This document shows positions 38,929-49,277 of a stretch of 64,000 nucleotides of DNA, piece after piece. The stretch is taken from positions 2,240,001 through 2,304,000 of the forward strand of contig CAWJSJ010000002.1 of NCBI GenBank assembly GCA_963845565.1, written 5' to 3'. A model generated the notes under the pieces. It searched no databases and was not told the DNA's origin. It saw only the letters and a program-made list of their open reading frames with translations. The position numbers were made by a program, and so were the translations under genes. The stretch's first letter is position 1, and each line of letters starts with the position of its first letter. The DNA comes from an uncultured Methylomirabilota bacterium. Its GTDB lineage: Bacteria; Methylomirabilota; Methylomirabilia; Methylomirabilales; 2-02-FULL-66-22.

Positions 38929-41268
38929 ATGTCGGCGAGATCACGAGGCGGGCAAGGTCTTATAGGCGCGCGCGCTCGACGACGGCCATCCTCGCACCTC
39001 AGCTCGACGTCGCTGGCCGCGTGTCCCGCGTGGAGATCACGGAACGCGCTTGTTCGCAGGCGGCATGGCATTTGGTGACGTGGGTCCGTACGAGAAGATC
39101 AGGGGCCGCCTCGACCATCGCCGCGGGCACCCGACAAGAAGTACAACCGGCAGATCGTGGACCTCCAACTGGCCAAGAAGAAACGAGCCTGCGGCAGGAC
39201 GTCTCGGTAGTGCATGACACCGGGCCCACCCGCTACGTCGAGGAGATCGTCGGCGGCGACGCCGGAAACGCGAAGGGTGAAGTGGAGTTCCGGGGCGACT
39301 TCCTCGCTGAAACTGTCGATCCGAGCAAGGGAATCGACCGCCTCCGCATGACGTCAACAACCGGGGGAGTTTGCGCGCCCTTGAGTACTACAACAATGCG
39401 CCGAGCACCAACAACCCGACGACGGCCGCGCACGCCGGGCAACGGCTGGCCGATGCGCCAGGCTACTCCCGCTATGGACGGGCTGGAATCGGACGTGGAG
39501 AACCGAGTTCGACGATCCGCCGCAGCGCATCTGACCTCCCGATCGTCGTGCAACCCCGATGGCAGCCGCTCGTGGAGTGGATCAATGTGGAGCTGACGAT
39601 CCAGGTGAAGGACGGTGCGAAGGCGACTGGTCGGCCTGGGGCGGCAGCCGCTGCTACCTGGTTGCCGATGATGCGACGAGCAGCAGCAGGCCGTCATGAC
39701 CGAGCGCGACGTGCCCGACGTCGATGTCATCGGCCGCGGCAGGAGTCCGCGTGCGGGACTGGAGTTCGCCGTTGGTCACCGATGGTGCGAGCACGACCGT
39801 CGTGAATGAGCCCGCCAACGCGGTGTCGTACTCCGAGGGCTTCACGAAGGGGAAGATCTACGAGGTGCTCGTACTGCGCGAAGAACCCCCGGGTTGTGGG
39901 CCTGGGCCTCGCCGGCATCCGCGATGCCATCTCGTTCTTCCACTTCGAGACACAGGATGACTTCGGAATCCGAACCGTTGACACTGGCCAAGGGCAAGAA
40001 CCTCCGGGCCGACCCGAAGTACGCCTATATCTTCGGCATCTCGCAGTCGGGCCGGGTCATCAACACCATGATCGACCAGGGCTTCCATGTGGACGAGAAG
40101 GGCCGCATGGTCTTCGAAGGCGCGCGCCCCGACGTCCCAGGCGGCGGCAAGGGACCCTTCAACGACCCGCTGGGCGCAGACGACGCATCACCCTAAGCAC
40201 ATCGAGGGGAACGACTTCGCGGCCGATCGACTTCCCCTTCAACTTCACCCGCAACGGGCGGCACCAGCTCGATCCGTATCAGCCCGTGGAGTTGGGCGAT
40301 GTCCTCGCCGTGGCGAAGCGGTTGGGCAGCGGGTGCCGAAGATCATGTTGACCAACCACGAAACCGAGTACTGGACCCGGCGGCCTCGCTGGTCCACACC
40401 GACGTCTCGGGGACCGAGGACGCGTTGGACTACACATCCCGATGTTCGTTTCGATGCCGTCAACGGCTCACAGCATGGCTCGCCAAGCGCCACGAGCAAA
40501 CGGACGAATCTGAACGACCAGCACTCGGACGGCTTCGTCGAGCATCGGCCGGTGGGCCGTGCCCTCCTCGTCGCACTCGACAACTGGGTCACGAAGCGCA
40601 TCGAGCCGCCGCCGACGACCGTCCCGCTGATCGCCAAGGACGAGATGTTGACGGCGACCGAGCACAAGGCGAGGTTCCCACGGATTCCCGCGTACAGCGT
40701 CAACGGCGTGACCTTCCCGGCCACGCGGCATCCCGGCACCTACCTCAAGCCACCGCGGGCCGACTATGGGCCGGACTTCTTCATGCCTGACCCTTCGCGG
40801 GGCGGCCAGGTCCCCGTCGCCTACCCCGGGATCCAGACCAACGTGCCGCCCAAGTACTTCGGGCCACCCTTCGAGACGCGCGTCCCCGCGTTCGACCGCG
40901 ATGGCAATGGGATCGGCGGCATTCGGATGCCGGAACTAACCGTGCCGCTCGGCACGTACCAGGGCTGGAATCCCCGATGTGATGCCTGCGGAGCGTCGAA
41001 CTTCATCCAGCCGTTCAACGTCTCCTTCTGGCCCTTCCCGGCGACCGAAGCCGAGCGCGCGACGAAGGCCGACCCGCGTCCCTCGATTGAGGTGCGCTAC
41101 GCGAACAAGGCCGACTACGTGGCGAAGGTGACGGCGGCGGTCCAACAGTTGCGAGCGCAAGGGTTTATGCTCGAAGAGGACGAGACGGCAGCGATCCAAT
41201 TCGCTGAGAAGCTTGCCTGGCCGCCCGTCCCCACAGACCTATATCCTTTCTGGAAGGTGGAGCCGTAG
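38929..41268 (+). pseudogene. Large secreted alpha/beta-hydrolase domain protein (frameshifted 5' two-thirds)
   Basis: AAGGAGG RBS; fragments FGDVGPYEKIRG, NAKGEVEFRGDF, GLGLAGIRD, FGISQSGR, DGNGIGGIRMPELTVPLGTYQGWN, DPRPSIEVRY. Confidence 0.75.
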
Positions 41269-41291
41269 GTTCCCCTGGAACCGCACGACAA

Positions 41292-41329
41292 CACTCACGA
41301 GCGCCGGGTCTCCTCGGCGCTCGTGAGTG
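41292..41329. terminator. 15-bp perfect hairpin downstream of the hydrolase
   Basis: CACTCACGAGCGCCG-N8-CGGCGCTCGTGAGTG; weak U-tract. Confidence 0.55.
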
Positions 41330-41538
41330 GGTTCAAACGCGTGGAGATCGTTAAAGGCACCGGAATGGTCCGCCAAGCACGGGGTAAATCAGTGAGGATG
41401 GGAAAGAAAAACGTTTGAGTTGAGCAGTCAACAAGAGGGCAAGGTGCGCAGGGAGCCATCGTGAGCCGGCTCTCTGCCTCTTCCGGAAAACCAGATGGCT
41501 GAGATGCTCGTTTCTGTGACTCCCGTCGGCGGTTTCCC

Positions 41539-42192
41539 ATGATCCGCGTCGTTCTCGCCGACGATCACCACCTGGTCCGCCAAGGCCTCCGCGCTCTCCT
41601 GGAGAAGGCCGGCGATATCGAGGTGGTGGGGGAGGCGGCCGACGGCCAGGAGGCCGTCGCACTGGTCGAGCGCCTCTTACCCGAGGTGCTGCTGATCGAC
41701 ATTGCGATGCCCCACCTGAACGGGGTGGAGGCTGTCGGCCGCCTGCGCGGCCTCAAAGTGAAAACCCGGGCGTTGATCCTCTCCATGTACACGGACGACA
41801 CGCTGGTCCGCCAGGCCCTCCGGAACGGGGCGAAGGGGTACGTCCTTAAACGTGCGGTCTCCGAGGAACTCCTCCTGGCGGTCCGCGCGGTCGCCCGGGG
41901 GGACACCTACCTCAGCCCCGAGGTGGCCGGCCCCCTCCTCACCCCGCTCGTCGCGGGCCCGCCGGGCGGGGAGGCCGCAACCCCCCTCGACCGCCTGACC
42001 TCCCGGGAGCGAGAGGTCCTTCAACTCATCGCCGAGGGCCACACCAACCGCGAGATCGCCGCCCATCTGACCCTCAGCGAGAAGACCGTCGAGAAACACC
42101 GCGGCCACCTCATGGCCAAGCTGCGGACCCACGACACCGCCGCCCTCGTTCGTTTCGCCATCAAACACGGCCTGGTCGCACTGGACGCGTGA
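41539..42192 (+). CDS. NarL/FixJ family response regulator, copy 2 (intact)
   Basis: IRVVLADDH, LIDIAMP, LSMY, YVLK, LuxR-type HTH. Confidence 0.95.
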   Translation: MIRVVLADDHHLVRQGLRALLEKAGDIEVVGEAADGQEAVALVERLLPEVLLIDIAMPHLNGVEAVGRLRGLKVKTRALILSMYTDDTLVRQALRNGAKGYVLKRAVSEELLLAVRAVARGDTYLSPEVAGPLLTPLVAGPPGGEAATPLDRLTSREREVLQLIAEGHTNREIAAHLTLSEKTVEKHRGHLMAKLRTHDTAALVRFAIKHGLVALDA

Positions 42193-42685
42193 CCGCCCCG
42201 GCCTGCCGGGCCACGCGCGAAGCGCATGGCGCATGGCGCCCCTTGGCCCTTTGCCTGCCCGCTCTTCTCACGCGCTTCCTAATCGACCAATAGACGCCTC
42301 GACTGTTTGACATGTCGCTTCCTGCCAGCTGCCCCTTGCCGCCTGCCAGCTTCTTTTCCCGTCCCTGGGGTCATTTTTCTTCGGAAAGAAGGGGAAGACC
42401 CCATGGGAAATCGGCTCGAGATGGACTAAATTTTTGACAATAGACAGAGGAGGGGTCTCCTGGGTTGGACCGTCAGATCGAAGCGGCAACCGTGGTCTAC
42501 GATAGATCATAAACTCCGTCATGCCTGCCTTCGCGAAAGGCGGCAAAGTTCTCCCGAAAAATGGGGAGGAGGTCTCCGGGATCACAAAGGAAGGGAGGTG
42601 ATTTTCGTACAGATCTGAGAACTCGCACGGAACAAAATGACGCCGTTGCGAACTCTTCACGCAGGAAAACAGAAGGGGGATTCAC

Positions 42686-44416
42686 ATGAGCAGTAAGCAT
42701 TCATTGGGTTCTTCACTTCTCCTGTGTCTGTTGTCCGTCGCGTGGCTCATCGGGGCTACGGTGGTCGCAAATGCGGCACCTGCGACGCTGGGTGCCTGGA
42801 ACCTCAAGCTGATCGGTACCGTCGACACGGCTACAGGCCCTGGCACCGCGTGGGGTGAGTATTCGAAGATCTCCCCCTGGCCCTACACCGATGGCGACTA
42901 CCTGTACGTCGGGTGCTACGAGAGCGGAGTTGGCTACGTGGGTTGTTTCCGCGTGGTCGACGTCAAGAACCCCCAACATCCCAAGCGCATCGCGACCGTC
43001 GAGGTCTTTGACAGGGTCAAGTCGCCGATGCCGCCGCTACCGAATGATCCTTACTGGGTTGGAAAAGACGCAACGAACGTGTGGACAAACGATGCCTTCA
43101 ACAACCTCCCCTTTTCCACCTCATGCGGGGACTGGGCGGTTGCTGAGGATGGAACTCGTACCGGCCCGGGCTGGACGACGGGACCCACGTGCTGGGACAA
43201 AGGCTGGATCACGCGCACCCACTACACGGCGTACGCTTCAGGCGAGTATGCCGGCTTCGACAAGCACGGTCGACTGCAATCCCGGAAGATCCTCTGGGTT
43301 AACAGTCAACGGCAGGGCAGCGCTCCTCCAAAACGGCTGGGTTACACTGGAATCCGCCTCTACGACATGGAGGACCCGGCGAACCCCAAATGGCTCTCCA
43401 CCATCGACTTTCCTGTTAGAAGGTCGGGCGACGGGACCTACAGGGAGGCAGGGGGAGTTCATCACGGCTTCTTCGATGGCCGTTATGCGTACTTGGGAGC
43501 GGAGTGGGAAGGATTCTACGGGAAGATCCTCGTGATCGTCGACACGATAGATCCCAAGAACCCCGTCGTGGTGGGGAGGTGGTGGATCCCCGGTCAGAAT
43601 TCTTTGGATCCCGCGGAAAACCCTCCGGTCCGCTATTGGGTCCAGCAAAGCAGCTTCAGTTCCCCCATCAAAGTGAACAGCCCCAATACGTTGCCGAGCA
43701 GGCACGTGGGGATGCATTACATTTCCATCAATCACATCGGGGGGAAAGAAATCGCGTTCGTCTCGTACCATCAGGCAGGGCTTGTCATCCTCGACGTCAC
43801 GGACAAGAGCAACCCCAAGTTCATCTCAAAGCTCGACTACCTTTCGCCCGAATTCCAAGCCTTGGAGCCCCAATCCGGTATGCCATCCCCTGATCATGCA
43901 AAATGCGTTGAGGTTAACGGCGTGGGTTCGGCGTGCGGGAATGCTCACTCCGCAAAGCTCATCCCCGGGACGAGCATTCTTTGGGTAGCGGATGAGTACT
44001 TCAGCCGGCCGTTTGGCCACCTTCGGTTCGTCGACGTCTCACACCTCGCTGAGCCGAAGCTCGTCTCGCATTATGTGTACCCCGAGAATCTCAACGCCAA
44101 CGGGCAAGGCCCTGGGACGGAATATCCGTCGCGCGGGCCCTCGGCGCATCTCGGCAACGCCTACGGGAATCTCCTCTTCATGGGCTGGTACGGCCTGGGC
44201 CTCCGAGTCTTCGACGTCGCCGACCCACGGCACCCTGTCGAGGTCGGCTACTACTCTTACGCTATTGATAATGGGGTGGGAGGCCAGGGAACATACGACG
44301 CGATTCTGGATTCGAAGGGGAATGTGGTAATAACCGACGAAGGTGACGGCGTCCGTATCCTGGAATACACAGGGCCGGGGTCGCGGCTCAAGCCATGGAA
44401 GGGTTATGAGGACTAG
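42686..44416 (+). CDS. Secreted LVIVD-repeat beta-propeller protein
   Basis: Signal peptide; repeats FRVVDVKNP, IRLYDMEDPANP, LVIVDTIDPKNP, LVILDVTDKSNP, LRFVDVS, LRVFDVADPRHP; visibly lower GC than flanks. Confidence 0.88.
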   Translation: MSSKHSLGSSLLLCLLSVAWLIGATVVANAAPATLGAWNLKLIGTVDTATGPGTAWGEYSKISPWPYTDGDYLYVGCYESGVGYVGCFRVVDVKNPQHPKRIATVEVFDRVKSPMPPLPNDPYWVGKDATNVWTNDAFNNLPFSTSCGDWAVAEDGTRTGPGWTTGPTCWDKGWITRTHYTAYASGEYAGFDKHGRLQSRKILWVNSQRQGSAPPKRLGYTGIRLYDMEDPANPKWLSTIDFPVRRSGDGTYREAGGVHHGFFDGRYAYLGAEWEGFYGKILVIVDTIDPKNPVVVGRWWIPGQNSLDPAENPPVRYWVQQSSFSSPIKVNSPNTLPSRHVGMHYISINHIGGKEIAFVSYHQAGLVILDVTDKSNPKFISKLDYLSPEFQALEPQSGMPSPDHAKCVEVNGVGSACGNAHSAKLIPGTSILWVADEYFSRPFGHLRFVDVSHLAEPKLVSHYVYPENLNANGQGPGTEYPSRGPSAHLGNAYGNLLFMGWYGLGLRVFDVADPRHPVEVGYYSYAIDNGVGGQGTYDAILDSKGNVVITDEGDGVRILEYTGPGSRLKPWKGYED

Positions 44417-44587
44417 CATCGGCGCCCCAGTGGAGGGCGATAACATGCACCGATGACGCGCACGAGCGCCGAGGGGAACATCGGCGCTCGTGGTGGTTTG
44501 GGCGAACAGTATTGGCTCGGGTTGGTCTCCCCCCCCCCCGGGGGGGGGGAGAAGTCAATCCTCATCGGTCAGTCTATGCCCGAAGCG

Positions 44588-44620
44588 AAAACGCCCCGGA
44601 GGGCATCGCCCTCCGGGGCG
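44588..44620 (-). terminator. Rho-independent terminator of the M20 peptidase gene
   Basis: CGCCCCGGAGGGC-GAT-GCCCTCCGGGGCG-TTTT on the minus strand. Confidence 0.8.
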
Positions 44621-44641
44621 CTCTTGTCTCGGAGATCTTCC

Positions 44642-46028
44642 CTACGCCTTGCTCGTCCCCGTCTCGGCCAACTCCTCGAAAAGGTACGCCGCCGACAGCA
44701 TGCCGTGGTGGAGGTTGTCGAGGTCCAGCTTCTCGTTGGGGGCGTGGGCGTTCTCGTCGGGCAGGCCGATGCCCATCAGCAGGATGGGCGCCTTGAGCAA
44801 CCGGTCGAAGGTCGCGACGACCGGAATCGTGCCGCCGGTCCGGGTGTAGACCGGCTTCTTGCCGAAGCCCTTCTGGATGGCGCGGGCCACGGCCTGCAGC
44901 GACGGGTGATCGGTGGGGACCAGCCACGGCGTGCCGCGGCCCGAGACTTCCGTGATCTTCAGGCGGACGGTCTTCGGCGCGAGGCGCTTGACGTGCTGGG
45001 CGAACAGCCGGGCGATCTTGTTGGGGTCCTGATTGGGCGCGAGACGCATGCTGACCTTGGCCATGGCGCGGCAGGGCAGAACGGTCTTGGCGCCTTCGCC
45101 GATGAACCCGCTGCAGAGGCCGTTGACCTCCAAGGTGGGGCGGGCCCAGAGGCGCTCCAGGGTGGTGAAGCCCTTCTCCCCGAAGAGCGCCGGGGCCCCC
45201 AGGTTCTTCTGGAACTTCTTCTCACTGAAGGGCAGCTTGGCCAGGGCCCGGCGCTCCGCGGCGGGGAGCCTCCGGACATCGTCGTAGAAACCGGGGATGG
45301 TGATCCGGCCGTTCCGGTCCTTGAGCTGGGCGAGGAGCTGCGCCAGCGCCATGGCGGGGTTCTCGATGGAGCCGCCAAAGCCCCCGGAGTGCAGGTCACT
45401 CTTCGCCACCTCGAGGTCGATCTGGAAGTAGACCAGGCCCCGCAGGCCGACGGTGATGCCGGGGGCGTCCTTGGCGATCATGGCCGTGTCCGAGATCACG
45501 ACGACGTCGGTCTGCAGCATCGCCTTGTGCTGCCGGATGAACGCATCCAAGCTCGGGCTGCCGATCTCTTCCTCGCCCTCGATGAGCAGCCGGACGTTGA
45601 CGGGTAGCCGACCGGCGGTCTTCAGGTGGGCCTCCAGGGCCTTCAAGTGCATGAACACTTGGCCCTTGTCATCCACGGCGCCGCGGGCGAAAAGCTCGCC
45701 GTTCCGGACGGTCGGATCGAAGGCGCCGGTCGTCCACAATTCCAGCGGCTCGGCCGGCTGGACGTCGTAGTGGCCGTAGATGAGGGCCGTGGGTTTCCCG
45801 GCGGCGTGCAGCCAGTCGGCATACACCACCGGGTGCCCAGCGGTCGGAAGGATCGCCACGTGCTCCAACCCCATGACCGCGCATCTGCTCGACGAGCCAC
45901 TCGGCGGCCTTTTGCATGTCCGCCTTGTGCTCGGACTTGGTGCTGACGCAGGGAATGCGAAGGAACCCCTTCAGTTCCTCCACGAACGCCGACCGCCGCT
46001 CCTGGATGTACTCGATGGCAGGATGCAT
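44642..46028 (-). CDS. M20 family dipeptidase (CNDP/Dug1-like), one frameshift near 45877
   Basis: YGHYDVQP, ARGAVDDKGQ, EGEEEIGS, DLHSG, HAPNE; N-terminus MHPAIEYIQ in an adjacent frame. Confidence 0.9.
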
Positions 46029-46068
46029 GCGTTCCTCCGTGTGGGTTGAGAGGGTGGACGCGGTCGGG

Positions 46069-46893
46069 TTAGGGAACCACGATACCGCCGGCCCGGACGA
46101 TCTTGAGGCCGAGCCGCTGCAATTCGTCCAGGTAGAAGTTGACGCCGATCGAATCGCTGGCCATGTGACCGGTGACGATGAGATTGCCGACCAGTCGCTG
46201 CTCCCGCGCCTCGCGCAGGTCGGCCTCGGGGAAGTGCATCATCAGCACCGTGCCGATCCCCGCCTCGAAGTAGGCCCGCAGGACGTCCACGCCGCCATTG
46301 GTGTATCCGCCGATGGCCACCGCCACCCGGCCCGCCAGCCGGTCGGCGGCCCCCAGCCGCACCTGGGGAGCGGTGGCGGCGGCCTGTTGTTCGGGAAACT
46401 CCTGAAGGGCCTCGATCACCTCGGCCACCGTGGCCCGGCTCTTCGGATCGTTGAAGCGGGCCAGTCTCTCTGCGATCAGCCGGCGGGTGATGACGTCGCA
46501 GGGGACGTGCACGTTCAGGAAGGCCAGCTTCAGCAGCCGGGCAGCCTGGACCACGCGCCCGTAGTTTCGGGTGTGGCTGTTCAGCTCCACCTGCTGCATG
46601 CGCCGCTGGAGAGCGGCCTCGGCCTTGGCGACGGGGACGCCGCACTCCACCATCTGCTCGATCTGGTTCCGCATCACCCGCCAGCCGTTCAAGGCAGCCG
46701 TCCCTTCGGGGTGGTGCGCCAGCACGGTGTCGCACTTGAGCTCCCGAGCCAACAGCAAGTCGCTGACGTCGCAGTCGATGGTCGCGAACACCTCGCGGAC
46801 GCTGTCGCTTCGCACGTGGATGCCGGAATCGCCGGGGATCTCGGTGAGCTGCGCCAGGTCCAGAGCCACTTCCATGATGTCTTCGCTGGTCAT
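46069..46893 (-). CDS. NIF3-like dinuclear metal-binding protein
   Basis: IDCD, LAHHP, NVHVPCD, GHMASDSIG motifs reminiscent of the NIF3/YbgI fold. Confidence 0.65.
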   Translation of the reverse strand: MTSEDIMEVALDLAQLTEIPGDSGIHVRSDSVREVFATIDCDVSDLLLARELKCDTVLAHHPEGTAALNGWRVMRNQIEQMVECGVPVAKAEAALQRRMQQVELNSHTRNYGRVVQAARLLKLAFLNVHVPCDVITRRLIAERLARFNDPKSRATVAEVIEALQEFPEQQAAATAPQVRLGAADRLAGRVAVAIGGYTNGGVDVLRAYFEAGIGTVLMMHFPEADLREAREQRLVGNLIVTGHMASDSIGVNFYLDELQRLGLKIVRAGGIVVP

Positions 46894-47000
46894 GATGCCT
46901 CCCTTTGCCGCAGGGGCCGTGTGTGTTCCCGCGCCGGCTCCTCCTCTAACACGCTCCGGCACGGCGGTCAAGGTTCAAAAGCGGCACCGCGCAAATTCTG

Positions 47001-47029
47001 TTGACACTGGTGGTTCGATCAAGTAAATA
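47001..47029 (+). promoter_or_regulatory. Promoter of the SAM-riboswitch transcript
   Basis: TTGACA-17nt-TAAATA about 10 nt before the aptamer. Confidence 0.55.
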
Positions 47030-47037
47030 ACGCTACA

Positions 47038-47172
47038 CTTCTCATCCAGAGTGGCTGAGGGACTGGCCCGAAGAAGCCACGGCAACCCCGCGCGACGTGC
47101 GGGGTGCTAACTCCTGCCCCACGACCGGCGCGCACCGCTACGGCGCAGGCGTCAGCGGGGAGAGATGGGAAG
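47038..47172 (+). ncRNA. SAM-I (S-box) riboswitch
   Basis: CTCATCCAGAG...GAGGGACTGGCCC...GAAGCC...GGCAACC...GGTGCTAACTCC...AGATG; P1 CTTCTCATC/GATGGGAAG. Confidence 0.95.
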
Positions 47173-47186
47173 GGGAACGGAGACGT

Positions 47187-47229
47187 CAACCCCTTCTCAC
47201 GACCCCGGTGGGAAGGGGCGTTGTTTTTT
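47187..47229 (+). terminator. Riboswitch-controlled intrinsic terminator
   Basis: CAACCCCTTCTCAC...GTGGGAAGGGGCGTTG-TTTTTT; the 5' arm can alternatively pair with the P1 3' strand GATGGGAAGGGG. Confidence 0.85.
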
Positions 47230-47267
47230 GGCGCCGGCCGCCGGGCCGTCGGGATCATACGGGTGCA

Positions 47268-48239
47268 ATGACTGGATATCTCGTTCGCCGCTTGTGGCAG
47301 TCACTGCTGGTCCTGTTCGGGATCTCGATCATCATTTTCACCATCCTCCATCTGACCGGCGACCCTGCCGTCCTCCTGATGCCGCCGGACGCCACCAAGG
47401 AGGACATCGACAACTTCCGCAAGGTGATGGGCTTCAACGACCCGCTCTTCCTCCGGTGGCCGCCCTGGGAGCATCTCAGCCCGCCCTGGCGGTTCCTCAC
47501 GGACACGCAGTACGGTCGATTCTTCACGGGGGTGGTGCGGGGGGACTTCGGCAACTCCTTCCGGCATCAGCAGCCGGCGATGGGCCTCGTCATGGAACGG
47601 ATGCCGGCCACCATCCAGCTCACGCTGACCGCCATGGCCATCGCGGTCTGCGTGGCGGTGCCGGTGGGCATCCTCTCGGCGGTCCGCCGCAACAGCGCAC
47701 TCGACCATGCGGGCATGGTGCTGGCGCTGCTGGGGCAGTCCATGCCGGTCTACTGGCTCGGGATCATGTTCATCCTGCTCTTCGCCGTCCGGCTGAATCT
47801 CCTGCCGGCGTTCGGGGCCGGCTCGTGGCGACACCTGATCCTCCCGGCCATCACGCTGGGCGCGTTTTCCATGGCGCGGATCGCCCGCCTCACGCGCTCC
47901 AGCATGCTGGAGGTGCTGGGGCAGGAGTACGTGCGGACCGCGCGCGCCAAGGGGCTCTCGGAGCTCCGGACGGTGCTCAAGCACGGGCTGAAGAACGCCG
48001 CCATCCCGGTGGTGACGGTGATCGGGCTGGATATGGGCACGCTGCTGGGCGGCGCGGTCATCACCGAGACCATCTTTGCGTGGCCGGGCGTCGGGCGGCT
48101 GGCGGTGCAGGCGATCTCGTACCGCGACTACCCGCTGGTCCAGGCGGCGGTGTTCACGCTGGCCCTGATTTTCGTCCTCATCAATTTCCTGGTGGATATC
48201 CTCTATACCTATCTGGATCCGCGGGTGGCGTACAAGTGA
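47268..48239 (+). CDS. Dpp/Opp-type ABC transporter permease (DppB-like)
   Basis: GDFGNS, MPVYWLG, EYVRTARAKG, ETIFAWPGVG, LDPR. Confidence 0.93.
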   Translation: MTGYLVRRLWQSLLVLFGISIIIFTILHLTGDPAVLLMPPDATKEDIDNFRKVMGFNDPLFLRWPPWEHLSPPWRFLTDTQYGRFFTGVVRGDFGNSFRHQQPAMGLVMERMPATIQLTLTAMAIAVCVAVPVGILSAVRRNSALDHAGMVLALLGQSMPVYWLGIMFILLFAVRLNLLPAFGAGSWRHLILPAITLGAFSMARIARLTRSSMLEVLGQEYVRTARAKGLSELRTVLKHGLKNAAIPVVTVIGLDMGTLLGGAVITETIFAWPGVGRLAVQAISYRDYPLVQAAVFTLALIFVLINFLVDILYTYLDPRVAYK

Positions 48240-48284
48240 CGGGCGAGATGCGAGTCGCGAGCCGCGAGGCGCGAACGGTGCGCC

Positions 48285-49196
48285 ATGAGTGACGGAAGCG
48301 TGGCGATCGAGATGAGCGGTGCGACGACGCGGGAGGGGCGGCAGGACCTCCGGCGCGTGCTCAAGGAGCTCGTCCGCAACAAGGCGGCCTTGCTCGGACT
48401 GCTCATCCTGGTCGGGATCGCGGCGTCCGCGATTGCGGCCCCCCTGCTGGCCCCCTTCGACCCGACGCTGCAGGAAGTCACGCTGCGGCTCAAGCCGCCC
48501 GGGTGGACGACCCCGGACGGCCAGCTCAGCCTCTTGGGGACCGACCACCTGGGCCGGGACATCCTGAGCCGGCTCATCTTCGGTGCGCGGATTTCGCTGA
48601 TCATCGGCGTGTCGGCGGTGGCGCTGGCGGGCACCCTGGGCACGCTGCTGGGCCTGGTGGCGGGCTACCGGGGCGGGCGCGTGGACGACTTCGTGATGCG
48701 CCTGACCGACACCATGTTGGCCATGCCGTTCATCCTGCTGGCCCTGGCGGTCATCGCGGTTCTCGGGCCGAGTCTGCGGAACATCATCTTCGTGCTCGGC
48801 ATCACGAGCTGGGTGTCCTACGCCCGGGTCGTGCGGGCCGAGGTGCTGACCCTGCGCACGCGGGAGTTCGTGTCCGCGGCGCAGGCGCTGGGCGGCGCCG
48901 GGTCGCGGATCGTGTTCCGGCACCTGCTGCCCAACGTCCTGACGCCCGTCATCGTGATCGCGACGCTCGAGGTGGCGCGGATGATCATCCTGGAATCCGC
49001 GCTCTCGTTCCTCGGTCTCGGGGTGCAACCCCCCACGCCGACGTGGGGCGGCATGCTGGCGGACGGACGGGCCTACCTGTCGACGGCGTGGTGGCAGGCG
49101 ACGTTTCCCGGTGTGTCCATCATGCTGACCGTGCTCGGGATCAATCTGCTGGGCGACTGGTTGCGGGATGTTCTGGACCCACGTCTGCAACTCTAG
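48285..49196 (+). CDS. Dpp/Opp-type ABC transporter permease (DppC-like)
   Basis: LGTDHLGRD, GARISL, HLLPN, LSFLGLG, WGGML. Confidence 0.93.
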   Translation: MSDGSVAIEMSGATTREGRQDLRRVLKELVRNKAALLGLLILVGIAASAIAAPLLAPFDPTLQEVTLRLKPPGWTTPDGQLSLLGTDHLGRDILSRLIFGARISLIIGVSAVALAGTLGTLLGLVAGYRGGRVDDFVMRLTDTMLAMPFILLALAVIAVLGPSLRNIIFVLGITSWVSYARVVRAEVLTLRTREFVSAAQALGGAGSRIVFRHLLPNVLTPVIVIATLEVARMIILESALSFLGLGVQPPTPTWGGMLADGRAYLSTAWWQATFPGVSIMLTVLGINLLGDWLRDVLDPRLQL

Positions 49197-49277
49197 GGGC
49201 GTGAACCGCCACCCGGGAGCCGCGCCTGCGGCCGGGCGGCATCGTACGGACTCGATGGTAGAAGAGGAGGGAGTGGC

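Noticed and set aside
34121..41268. Programmed frameshifting, phase variation or diversity-generating retroelement as the cause of the broken ORFs and the duplicated regulator
   Set aside because: Breaks are not at consistent slippery or homopolymer sites, differences between the copies are not adenine-specific, and no reverse transcriptase is present; sequencing error is more parsimonious
42500..42600. Degenerate REP/RPE-like palindromes (also 37860-37905 and the C/G-run hairpin at about 44526-44553)
   Set aside because: Too degenerate and not clearly repeated within the window; the homopolymer lengths are also unreliable
31437..44500. Prophage or integrative element
   Set aside because: No integrase, transposase, phage structural gene, tRNA target or att-like short direct repeat was found
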